This document shows positions 1 through 8,327 of a DNA stretch of 64,000 nt, piece by piece. The DNA comes from Lentimicrobiaceae bacterium (GTDB taxonomy: Bacteria; Bacteroidota; Bacteroidia; Bacteroidales; UBA4417): contig JAVBOY010000004.1 in NCBI GenBank assembly GCA_031550085.1, forward strand, positions 306 through 64,305, in the 5' to 3' direction. Below the pieces are notes generated by a model. That model saw only the letters and a list, made by a program, of their open reading frames with translations. It did no database searches and was not told where the DNA came from. Position 1 is the first letter of the stretch, and every line of letters begins with the position of its first letter. The position numbers and the translations under genes were made by a program.

Positions 1-3
1 CTA

Positions 4-231
4 TCAAGCATCTTTCGGCAGCTTCCTTTTCTTTTTTTTGCCCAGGTATATCAACAAAAGGAAAAACAGGCCGAAGGCAAGCATGCCCAAGCCGGCCCAC
101 AAATTGACATTGATGCCCAAAGAGGCTTTGTAAAGCTCTGCATTCTGCAGGGTGGCCAATCCATAAATACTGATAATAATTCCCAAAAGGGTAAACATCA
201 AGCCGATCGGAAGTTTTATATCGAGTCCCAT
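4..231 (-). CDS. Small two-TM membrane protein, probable accessory of the upstream sodium:solute symporter
   Basis: 75 aa, two hydrophobic stretches and a Lys-rich tail; co-oriented downstream of the SSS gene. Confidence 0.7.
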   Translation of the reverse strand: MGLDIKLPIGLMFTLLGIIISIYGLATLQNAELYKASLGINVNLWAGLGMLAFGLFFLLLIYLGKKKKRKLPKDA

Positions 232-489
232 AATGTGTTTATTTGTTGAATTGTTGAATTGTTGAATCGTTTATTGGTGAAATAGGGAAAAATGGGGAAG
301 CCGGAGAAATAATGGGTACTTGTTTTTCTGTTACGATAATTTAATCTACTATTATTTCTATTCTAATCGCATAATGTGAAATGTGAAGCGTGAAGGGTGA
401 GTTGTTTGTTGAGTTGTTTTTTGTTGTTCGTTTACTCGTTACCCGTTGCTCATCATCAAACCCATTTTAATTCTTCATTTTCAACGGTT
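232..489. repeat. Intergenic micro-repeat mosaic, locus A
   Basis: TTGTTGAA octamers 244-270, G-rich GGGAAA units, 39-bp AT-rich box 335-373, GTGAAGCGTGAAGGGTGA 383-400 and CCCATTTT..TTTTCAA near 460-485; the same modules occur at 5947-7233 and 36672-37369. Confidence 0.85.
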
Positions 490-2190
490 CTACCAAAAAA
501 TAACGCTTAAAGCCAAAGCAATGACTCCGGCAATAACAGCCAATACTTGCGGGCGGTGGTACCAGTGCTTGGAATCATCCACGGCTTTGGGCGTGAGCGA
601 ATACACCAATCCTTTAAGCTCTTCATCGGTCTTGGTGCGTTTGGTCACTTTCGAAATCACCCAGGTAAGCACCAAACAAACGCCGAAGGCCCAAATGGCC
701 GTATAAAAGTTTTGCGCCATCTCGCTGGGATAGGTAACCAATACCTCCCCCAACCATCCGCCTTTGATCAACGAAGTGGCGCCCAGGGGTTGCGACAAAC
801 CATGATGTACGGCTGCCGCCAAAATTCCGGAAAGCAATCCCCAAAAGGCACCGTGCGCCGTGGTACGTTTCCAGAACATCCCCAGCAAAAAGGTGGCAAA
901 CAGGGGCGCATTGACAAAAGCGAAAATCAGCTGCAGGAAATCCATCACATTGTTGAATAAAGCTGCTACATAGGCCGCGCCAATGCTGACAATAATCCCG
1001 ACGACGGTAGTCAGCCTGCCAACCCTCAAATAGTGCTTGTCGCTTTGGCCGGGTTTTAAATAGCTCTGGTAAATATCGTAGGTAAATACCGTATTGAAGG
1101 CCGATACATTGCCGGCCATGCCGCTCATAAAGGAAGCCATCAAAGCCGTCAGGCCCAGCCCCAATACGCCGTTGGGCAGGTAATGGTTCAGCAGGGCGGG
1201 GATTACCTTGTCGTAATCGCGGACGCCCGAAGTACCCTCTTTAAAAGGAATGAATTCGGGATGTTGCGTGACCAAAGCAGCAGCAATCAATCCGGGCAAA
1301 ATCACCAGAAAGGGAATAAACATTTTGGGAATGGCGCCGATCAGCGGTGTACGGCGCGCGGCCGACATGCTGCCCGCTGCCATGGCGCGTTGTACCACCA
1401 GGAAATTAGTGCACCAATAGCCGAACGACAGCACAAAGCCCAATCCCATCAAAATACCCATCCACTCCACGCCCATCGGGTTTTGAGAAGCCGAAGCGCT
1501 GTATTTCCAGGTATGGATCATATCCGGGTTAGAGGCAAAAGCGGTTTGAAGACCTTCCCAGCCGCCGATGTTTATCAGGCCCAGGACGGCCAAAGGTAAA
1601 AAACCGGCGACAATTAAAAAGAACTGCAGCACTTCGTTGTAAATAGCAGACGTCAATCCGCCCAGATAAGTATAAACCAGCACAATCAGGGCCGAAACAA
1701 TCAAGCTCATGTTAAAATTCCATCCCAACAGAGTTTCCATCAACAACGCCAGCGCATACATGGAAATTCCGGAAGCAAACACCGTCATTACGGCAAAGGA
1801 AACGGCATTAAGCGCCCTCGTTTTCTCGTCGAAGCGCATTTTTAAGTATTCCGGCACCGACCGGGCTTTGGATCCGTAGTAAAACGGCATCATAAACAAA
1901 GCCAGGAAAATCATGGCCGGAATGGCGCCGATCCAATAAAAATGCACGGTCATCAATCCGTATTTGGCGCCCGAAGCCGCCATTCCGATCACTTCCAAAG
2001 CGCCCAGGTTTGCCGAAATAAACGCCAATCCCGTCACCCATGCCGGCAGGGAGCGCCCGGCTTCGAGGAAGGCGGAGGAGTTCTTCATGTATTTTTTCAG
2101 CGCCCAGCCGATTCCAAGTACAAATACAAAGTAAATCAGCATGATGGCGTAATCGACAAAATGAAGGTCAAATTTCAATTCCATATCCAT
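490..2190 (-). CDS. Sodium:solute symporter (SSS/SLC5 family), probable sugar transporter
   Basis: 566 aa with about 13 TM segments; SSS motifs FLEAGRSLP, GLAFISANLGALE, YLKMRFD, LVVQRAMAA, GLTALMASFMS. Confidence 0.92.
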   Translation of the reverse strand: MDMELKFDLHFVDYAIMLIYFVFVLGIGWALKKYMKNSSAFLEAGRSLPAWVTGLAFISANLGALEVIGMAASGAKYGLMTVHFYWIGAIPAMIFLALFMMPFYYGSKARSVPEYLKMRFDEKTRALNAVSFAVMTVFASGISMYALALLMETLLGWNFNMSLIVSALIVLVYTYLGGLTSAIYNEVLQFFLIVAGFLPLAVLGLINIGGWEGLQTAFASNPDMIHTWKYSASASQNPMGVEWMGILMGLGFVLSFGYWCTNFLVVQRAMAAGSMSAARRTPLIGAIPKMFIPFLVILPGLIAAALVTQHPEFIPFKEGTSGVRDYDKVIPALLNHYLPNGVLGLGLTALMASFMSGMAGNVSAFNTVFTYDIYQSYLKPGQSDKHYLRVGRLTTVVGIIVSIGAAYVAALFNNVMDFLQLIFAFVNAPLFATFLLGMFWKRTTAHGAFWGLLSGILAAAVHHGLSQPLGATSLIKGGWLGEVLVTYPSEMAQNFYTAIWAFGVCLVLTWVISKVTKRTKTDEELKGLVYSLTPKAVDDSKHWYHRPQVLAVIAGVIALALSVIFW

Positions 2191-2245
2191 TTTTGATGTT
2201 TGGTTATGATAGAATGAATGAGAAGGTAAAAGGTTTATTTCTTCA

Positions 2246-2253
2246 CAAATTTA
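2246..2253 (-). promoter_or_regulatory. Bacteroidota -7 promoter box TAAATTTG for the SSS gene
   Basis: Perfect TAnnTTTG on the minus strand about 55 nt before the ATG. Confidence 0.65.
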
Positions 2254-2698
2254 GGAGTTGTTTTACCAAAAATGGATTTTATTCTCTTCTTTTTTGGAAA
2301 AAAAATCAGCCGTCCGGCCTGCCGTCGCCAAAGGCGCTTGTTTAATTTGAAAAAACAGTAGGGCGATGACGGACGAGAATACCTCCTTTATAATTGTTGC
2401 CCAAGCCGGTAGCAAGGGGAATCGTCCGCAACGGCCGGGACGGGATAGCAGGCCCCGCCAAAGCAACCGGGAAGAAATAGGCATGAAATACGCCAGCCGC
2501 CAAAACATCTTTACGAGTCAGTTGTTGTACTACCAATTTGAAATTAATCCTTTAACAAATCAAAAAATAAATTATTGACAATGCCCTGCCCGGAATGCTA
2601 TTTTGACAAAACAGCCCTCTTACTTTTTAGCCGGCCCTCCGGTTTATCTGCAGCAGAAGCGCTTGAATTCTTATATTAATCCTTAAATAACCGAGAAA

Positions 2699-3442
2699 AT
2701 GAAAAAAACAGTTTTGGCTTTGGGCCTTGTTTTGTTCCTGACCTGTCCGAATCTTAAAGCCCAGAAACCCGAAATCGACACGGTTGCCCTCCAATTGCTG
2801 GAGCGCATGCAAATGTTGTTCTCGAACAACAACAATTTGTCGTTCACCATGAAAACCAGCTACGACATCGTCAGTGACGATCTGGGGCTGGTAAAGCATT
2901 CCGACGAAGTCACCCTGCTGGCAAGCCTTCCCAACAAACTGCTGGTGGAAAGCAACGGGGACAAAGGCCATTTGAAACTTTTTTACAACGGCAGCCGGCT
3001 GGTTTTGTACGATTTTGAGAAAAACCACTTTGCCATGCTCAATGTGCCTAAAACGATTGCCGAAATGGTCGACGAACTTCAGTTCTCGTACGGAATCGAA
3101 TTTCCGGCGGGCGACTTTTTTTATCCCGATTTTGTGAGCGATATCACGGGGTCGGTTCAAAAGCTTTCCTACCTGGGCATATCGGTTGTCGACGGAAAAG
3201 AATGTTACCACATTGCCGCCAAGACACCCGACAATACCTGGCAGTTGTGGATCGAGAAATCCATATACCATCTTCCCGTCCGGCTGGTGGTCGTTTACGA
3301 CGGAGTGCCGGAACATCCGCAGTACCAGGCCGATTTCGAAAACTGGAACCTGAACGCTTTTGTACACCGGGGCTTGTTCGAATTTATGCCGCCTCCCGGT
3401 TCCGATGAAATTAAAATGCTGAAAACAACAGCGAACAAATGA
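2699..3442 (+). CDS. DUF2092-like exported (periplasmic) protein
   Basis: Sec signal peptide; EFPAGDF and CYHIAAKTPDNTWQLWIE...LPVRLVVVY..PEHPQY match my recollection of DUF2092. Confidence 0.75.
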   Translation: MKKTVLALGLVLFLTCPNLKAQKPEIDTVALQLLERMQMLFSNNNNLSFTMKTSYDIVSDDLGLVKHSDEVTLLASLPNKLLVESNGDKGHLKLFYNGSRLVLYDFEKNHFAMLNVPKTIAEMVDELQFSYGIEFPAGDFFYPDFVSDITGSVQKLSYLGISVVDGKECYHIAAKTPDNTWQLWIEKSIYHLPVRLVVVYDGVPEHPQYQADFENWNLNAFVHRGLFEFMPPPGSDEIKMLKTTANK

Positions 3443-3483
3443 GGTATAAAGCAAACATAATTTTTATCAAAAACCACAACGAT

Positions 3484-4257
3484 ATGAAAACCCAACCTAT
3501 TCAATTATTTTTTCTCCCGGCTGTTCTCTTATTTTGTTTTCTTGCTTTTTCGGAAAATGCGCTGGCACAACGGATGGCACACCGCCCGGTAGGCGGCAGC
3601 GGCGGCGTGCGGGCTCCTGCCGCCACCCAGAATATCAACCGCAATGCCAACATTAACCGCAATGCCAATATCAACAACAATACAAACATCAACCGGAACG
3701 TCAATGTCAACAACAACGTCAACGTAAACCGGAATGTGAACGTCAACGTGAACAATGTGAATGTGGTACACACCAACGTATACCATACTTACGGTTACCG
3801 TCCGTATTATTACCATCCGTATCATCCTTATTACTGGGGCCCGGCCTGGCATCCGGTGGGCTGGTTTTGCGCCGCGCTGACCGCCACGGCCATTGCCGTA
3901 ACCGTTGCCAACGAGCATTACTATTACGATGCGGGCGTTTACTATACGAAAGCAAGCAGCGGGTATACGGTAATTGCCGCCCCGGCCGGAGCCGTCATCA
4001 CGGTACTGCCGTCGGGATATTCCACGGTGGTGGTGTCGAGCACGACCTATTATTATTATGGAGGCGCTTTTTACTCCAAATCGGGAAGCAGCTATACGGT
4101 CGTGAACCCTCCGGTGGGAGCCGTGGTTACACAACTACCCGAAGGCGCAAAGGAATCAGACGTCAGCGGACAAAAGCTTTATGTTTACAACAACACCTAT
4201 TACCAGCCGGTGATGCAAAACGGCACGGATGCGTACGAGGTGGTAACGGTGAAGTAG
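3484..4257 (+). CDS. DUF6515-like exported protein with Asn/Val/Arg low-complexity repeats
   Basis: Signal peptide from ATG 3484; NINRN/NVNV repeats, Tyr/His/Pro-rich linker, repeated YYYxxGxYY..GYxVVxxPxGAVVxxLP units. Confidence 0.75.
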   Translation: MKTQPIQLFFLPAVLLFCFLAFSENALAQRMAHRPVGGSGGVRAPAATQNINRNANINRNANINNNTNINRNVNVNNNVNVNRNVNVNVNNVNVVHTNVYHTYGYRPYYYHPYHPYYWGPAWHPVGWFCAALTATAIAVTVANEHYYYDAGVYYTKASSGYTVIAAPAGAVITVLPSGYSTVVVSSTTYYYYGGAFYSKSGSSYTVVNPPVGAVVTQLPEGAKESDVSGQKLYVYNNTYYQPVMQNGTDAYEVVTVK

Positions 4258-4264
4258 TTGTGCA

Positions 4265-4480
4265 ATTACGAATCAATTGAAAATTGAACTTAGCGAAGCG
4301 ATCTCATGAGGCGAAGCCGAGTAAAGTGGAGAATTGAAAATGATTTGTCGGTTTACCTTGCACCGTTTATCCATTATTACCAATTCAACACTTCAACAAC
4401 TCAACACTTCAACAACTCAACACTTCAACAACTCAACACTTCAACAACTCAACAATCCAACAATTCAACACCTCAACAAA
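4265..4480 (+). repeat. Micro-repeat mosaic, locus D, ending in 12 tandem TCAACA(A/C)N octamers
   Basis: AATTGAAAATTGAA heptamers 4275-4288 and 4325-4341 flank a 36-bp GCGAAG-containing insert; octamer array 4385-4480, first 8 units alternate TCAACACT/TCAACAAC perfectly. Confidence 0.9.
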
Positions 4481-5151
4481 TGAAACACTTTATTCCCTTT
4501 ATTCTATGCTGTTTTTTGATATCCCCGGTTCGTTCGCAGGTAGTGATCGGATTGATTTTCGGCGATAAACTGAATTCGCCCAAGATGGAAACGGGCGTGC
4601 ATGTAGGAGTGAATTTCAGCTCTTTAACCAACGTCAACCCGCAAAAGATGCTTTCGAATGTTTGTGTGGGCTTATACAACCAATACCATTTCAACGACAA
4701 GCTTTTCCTGGATTCCCGGCTTTATGCCCACTTCAGCGGAGGAGCAACGGGGTTGGACATCGTCGCTGCCGGCTATCCGCCGGAAAGCCTGATCGACTCG
4801 ACGGGAGTGCGGCGTGTGATCAATTATTTGGGTTTGGGAAGCGGATTGGGGTATCAGTTCTCCAAAAAATTCGGCGCTTCCGTCGGTTTCCTGGCGCTGT
4901 TGCGAAACGGGGTGAAGGATGTGCACAAAACAGAAAACGGGGACCGGCTGGTGATCAAAGATTTAAAATTTACCAACCCGATCGATTGCGGCATTACAGC
5001 AAATACTTACTACCGCCTGGGGCATCACAGCAACGGGCTGTTGCTCGGGCTGGGCTTTTATTACGGCTTTGCCAATGTGTACGAGAAACAAAGCATCCAC
5101 AACCTGGTGGGGCAGTTTATCGTGGGCATCCCGTTGGGCAAACGGGAATAG
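4480..5151 (+). CDS. Outer-membrane beta-barrel (porin/OmpA-like barrel) protein
   Basis: True start ATG 4480 gives a signal peptide (MKHFIPFILCCFLISPVRSQ); alternating amphipathic strands; SQVVIGLIFGDKLNS N-terminus. Confidence 0.65.
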   Translation: MKHFIPFILCCFLISPVRSQVVIGLIFGDKLNSPKMETGVHVGVNFSSLTNVNPQKMLSNVCVGLYNQYHFNDKLFLDSRLYAHFSGGATGLDIVAAGYPPESLIDSTGVRRVINYLGLGSGLGYQFSKKFGASVGFLALLRNGVKDVHKTENGDRLVIKDLKFTNPIDCGITANTYYRLGHHSNGLLLGLGFYYGFANVYEKQSIHNLVGQFIVGIPLGKRE

Positions 5152-5190
5152 GTTTATTTATGCAAACATCAATTCCACATACTGTTCTTT

Positions 5191-5946
5191 ATGAAAATAC
5201 GGCTACTTGTTTGGATTCCGGTCCTCCTTGGTTTTCCGGCTGCGGCACAAGCCCAGCAGCAGGATAAACCCGACACACTCTGGAGGCGCAATGTATTGAA
5301 GTTGAATCCCACGCAAATGCTGGCCTACAACAAGCGGAACGTGGTCATTGCCTGGGAACATGCCGTCAAAGCCCACCAGACCTTCGAAGCCAAAGTCGGC
5401 TTTTTCGGCTTGCCGCGCATTACCGGCGACACCATTTTGAACCTGGCTGCCATTACCAGCCGGCAATCGGCCGGTTTCCAGGTGGGCGGCTCGTACCGTT
5501 TTTACCTGAAGAACCGGAACGTCCATTATGCTCCCGAAGGGGTTTACCTGGGAGCTTTTGCCTGTTATTACTACAATCAGTTTCAGAACACCCTCAACCT
5601 CTACCATTCCACCAAAACCTATAGCGGCGTGGTGCTCAACAGCCAAACCAGCATTTTATCCGTCGGGTTCGAGTTGGGCTATCATTTTGTATTTAAAAAC
5701 CACCTGACGATCGATATGGTCCTGGCCGGTCCCGACATCACCTACCTGGCGGCTTCCCTAAAATTGCGCGGGAACTGGGACAACCAGTACAACGAAGAGT
5801 TTATGGGCGGCCTGTATTCACAATTGGTCGAACGCTATCCGCCTTTGGGACAAGTGATCCATCGGGGAGAATTTAAAACGTCCGGTATTGTCGACCATTG
5901 GCTGCCTTTTTACAAATACATCATCCAGATCGGCTGGAATTTTTGA
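5191..5946 (+). CDS. Outer-membrane beta-barrel protein (DUF3575-like)
   Basis: Signal peptide, NVLKLNP motif, YRFYLK, ELGYHFVF, terminal IQIGWNF (C-terminal Phe). Confidence 0.65.
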   Translation: MKIRLLVWIPVLLGFPAAAQAQQQDKPDTLWRRNVLKLNPTQMLAYNKRNVVIAWEHAVKAHQTFEAKVGFFGLPRITGDTILNLAAITSRQSAGFQVGGSYRFYLKNRNVHYAPEGVYLGAFACYYYNQFQNTLNLYHSTKTYSGVVLNSQTSILSVGFELGYHFVFKNHLTIDMVLAGPDITYLAASLKLRGNWDNQYNEEFMGGLYSQLVERYPPLGQVIHRGEFKTSGIVDHWLPFYKYIIQIGWNF

Positions 5947-7233
5947 GGATACACAAAAGAAGGGGAAAGGGGTTTATCGTGAACAGTGAAGGGAGAGTTG
6001 TTTGTTGAACTGTTGAATCGTTGAATCGTTGAATTGTTGAATTGTTTATTGTGAAGCGTGAACGGGTTCAAGGTAAAGGTTTAAACTGGGGAAATCGGGG
6101 AAGCAGGGGAAATAGGGAGGTGTTGCTCTTGATTTTAATCCACCATGATAATTAAATCTAATAATGTGATATTTTAATCGCATATCGTGAAGCGTGAACA
6201 GTGACGGATGAGTAGTTTGTTGAGTTGTTGAACTGTTGAATTGTTTATTTGTATCAAAAGCCTTTCTGCCTGCTTCTATTAGACCTTGTCTACTTGTACC
6301 TCGTCACCCGTTACCCGTCAACCGTTATTCGTCACCAATACGGTAATAGAGTTCATACGTCTTGAGAGTTTAGTGATTCCGATGAGAGCTATTAGCTTGC
6401 CGGAAAGCATACGGTAAACAATACCTTTCATTATACTACTAATAAGTCCTACATCTCACTCAAATAAACCCTACGACTTAAATAAGCAAGATGTAGGTCT
6501 TAAAAAAATGAGATGTAGGACACAGGATTAATCACTCCAATGGGAATATTTAAACTCTCAGGGGGAAAACTATTAATCTTCCTTGATGGCAGGCTTAAGA
6601 AGTAGAAAGGGTTCTAGCTTCGCAATGAAATGTGAAGCGTGAAATACCTGTTGAATTGTTGAATTGTTGAATTGTTTATTTAGTGAAGCGTGAACGGTAC
6701 AGGGTAAAACGGGGAAATGGGGGAAGGGATTTCTCCCTTTCATTTCCTTCCGTCGAAATGACTTGAGATTCATCTTTGAAAACCCATTTTCAACTTTCAA
6801 TTCTCAATTTTCAATTGAAAAGCCTTCTGCTTTTACCTTTCTGCACTAAAATGTGAAGCGTGAACAGTGAAGGGTGAGTTGTTTGTTGAACTGTTGAATT
6901 GCTGAGTTGTTTATTTAGTGAAGCGTGAAGGGTAAAATGGTGCAAGGTACCCCGTTAACTAAAAAATTCATTCGTAATTCGTAAATTTTAATTCGTAATT
7001 AATTTACTACTTGTATCTCGTCACCCGTTACTCGTCACTAAATCCCATTTTCAACTTTCAATTCTCAATTTTCAATTGAAAAGCCTCTGCTTTTTCCTTT
7101 CTACCCCAAATTAGTTACACGGAGAGCCACTGAGATTTCACAGAGTTACACAGAGATTCTTGTTTACCCGCAAACTCGTGGCTCACAAACTAACAAACCA
7201 CTTTCAATTCTCAATTTTCAATTTTCCACTGAA
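5947..7233. repeat. 1.3-kb non-coding micro-repeat mosaic, locus B
   Basis: Four octamer arrays (about 6003, 6220, 6650, 6885), AT-rich box 6147-6184, GATTTCTCC..GTCGAAATGAC arm 6726-6762, TTTTCAA..GCC(T)TCTGCTTTT twice, TTCGTAA and GTCACCC heptamers, CACAGAG module 7113-7159. Confidence 0.9.
6440..6527. repeat. Four-unit 22-bp-period array, two forward and two inverted units (core CCTACATCT)
   Basis: GTCCTACATCTCA 6446-6458 is a perfect inverted repeat of TGAGATGTAGGAC 6509-6521; degenerate copies start at 6468 and 6487. Confidence 0.8.
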
Positions 7234-7980
7234 TTACGTATTCATGCCACCGCAGACATTGATGACTTGTCCGGTAACATAATCCGATAAATCGCTGGCC
7301 AGATAGGCACAGGTTTTCGCCACGTCTTCGGGCGTGCCGCCACGGCGCAACGGAATTTTCTCGGCCCAGCCTTTGCGGATTTCTTCGGACAATGCATGGG
7401 TCATTTCGGTTTCGATAAATCCGGGGGCAATGGCGTTGCAACGGATGTTGCGCGAACCCAGCTCTTGTGCGATGGATTTGGTAAATCCGATCATCCCGGC
7501 TTTGGAGGCCGAATAATTGGATTGGCCGGCATTGCCGCTAACTCCCACCACCGAACTCATGTTGATGATGGATCCGCTGCGTTGTTTGAGCATATATTTT
7601 TGAACGGCTTTGGTCAGGTTAAAAACGCTTTTGAGGTTTACCTTTATAACCAGATCCCAATCGGTTTCGGGCATCCGCATCAGCAAATTATCGCGGGTAA
7701 TTCCGGCATTGTTTACCAATACGTCGATCCGGCCGAATTCTTTTGCAATTTCATCCACCACGCGTTCGCTGTCTTCGAACGAGCTGGCATCGGAAGCATA
7801 TCCAAGGGCTTTCACACCGAAAGCCGCCAGGTCTTTCTCGGTGTTTTCCATGGTTTCGTCACGGCGCATATCGGTAAACGCGATGTTGGCGCCCTGTTGA
7901 GCAAAAAATACGGCAATGGCTTTTCCGATTCCGCGCGAAGCGCCGGTAATTAAAGCATTTTTTCCTTCTAATAATTTCAT
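7234..7980 (-). CDS. fabG: 3-oxoacyl-[ACP] reductase
   Basis: SDR motifs TGASRGIG, NNAG, SSVVG..GNAGQSNYSASK, NAIAPGFI. Confidence 0.95.
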   Translation of the reverse strand: MKLLEGKNALITGASRGIGKAIAVFFAQQGANIAFTDMRRDETMENTEKDLAAFGVKALGYASDASSFEDSERVVDEIAKEFGRIDVLVNNAGITRDNLLMRMPETDWDLVIKVNLKSVFNLTKAVQKYMLKQRSGSIINMSSVVGVSGNAGQSNYSASKAGMIGFTKSIAQELGSRNIRCNAIAPGFIETEMTHALSEEIRKGWAEKIPLRRGGTPEDVAKTCAYLASDLSDYVTGQVINVCGGMNT

Positions 7981-8011
7981 AATCGAGTAAATAGTTAGTT
8001 AGATTTTGCGG

Positions 8012-8019
8012 CAAAAGTA
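8012..8019 (-). promoter_or_regulatory. -7 promoter box TACTTTTG for fabG
   Basis: Perfect TAnnTTTG about 30 nt upstream of the ATG. Confidence 0.65.
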
Positions 8020-8327
8020 AGCCTTATTTGCTTAGCAGGCAAGTTCCCGGAGCCGGGAAACCCGGATGGTGAGGCGTTATTTCCCGGGTAGCCGACCCTT
8101 TTATATTAATGCGTTTTGAATTGATCAACAAATAATTATTTTCATAAATTACCTCGTTAATCAATAGTTAAACAGTGAGTTACACAATTCATAAAATACC
8201 CTTTGCTTAACTTTTTTTATGGAGTATTTGCCGGAAAAGCGAAACCTTCAAATCGGAAATCTTGTTTTTTACTTTCATAACTCAAAAAGTATACGAAACC
8301 TATTTACTCACTAAAATCAAAACGACG

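Noticed and set aside
2290-2578. Small gene or ncRNA in the GC-richer stretch between the SSS and DUF2092 genes
   Set aside because: ORFs 2366..2578, 2263..2508 and 2342..2536 have no recognisable features and I found no convincing stems.
4306-4479. N-terminal extension of ORF 4306..5151 (NSTTQQ-type repeats)
   Set aside because: It is just the translation of the octamer array; ATG 4480 gives a proper signal peptide.
6573-6800. Similar-looking small ORFs at 6573..6800 and 36838..37105
   Set aside because: Their resemblance comes from shared non-coding repeat modules; no coding signal.
5947-7233. CRISPR array in the repeat-rich loci (B, C, 50293-50376)
   Set aside because: No constant 23-50-bp repeat separated by unique spacers of uniform length, and no cas genes.
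8044-8059. Perfect hairpin TTCCCGG-AG-CCGGGAA between fabG and the adhesin gene
   Set aside because: Single short palindrome with a 2-nt loop, no U-tract and no other copies seen.
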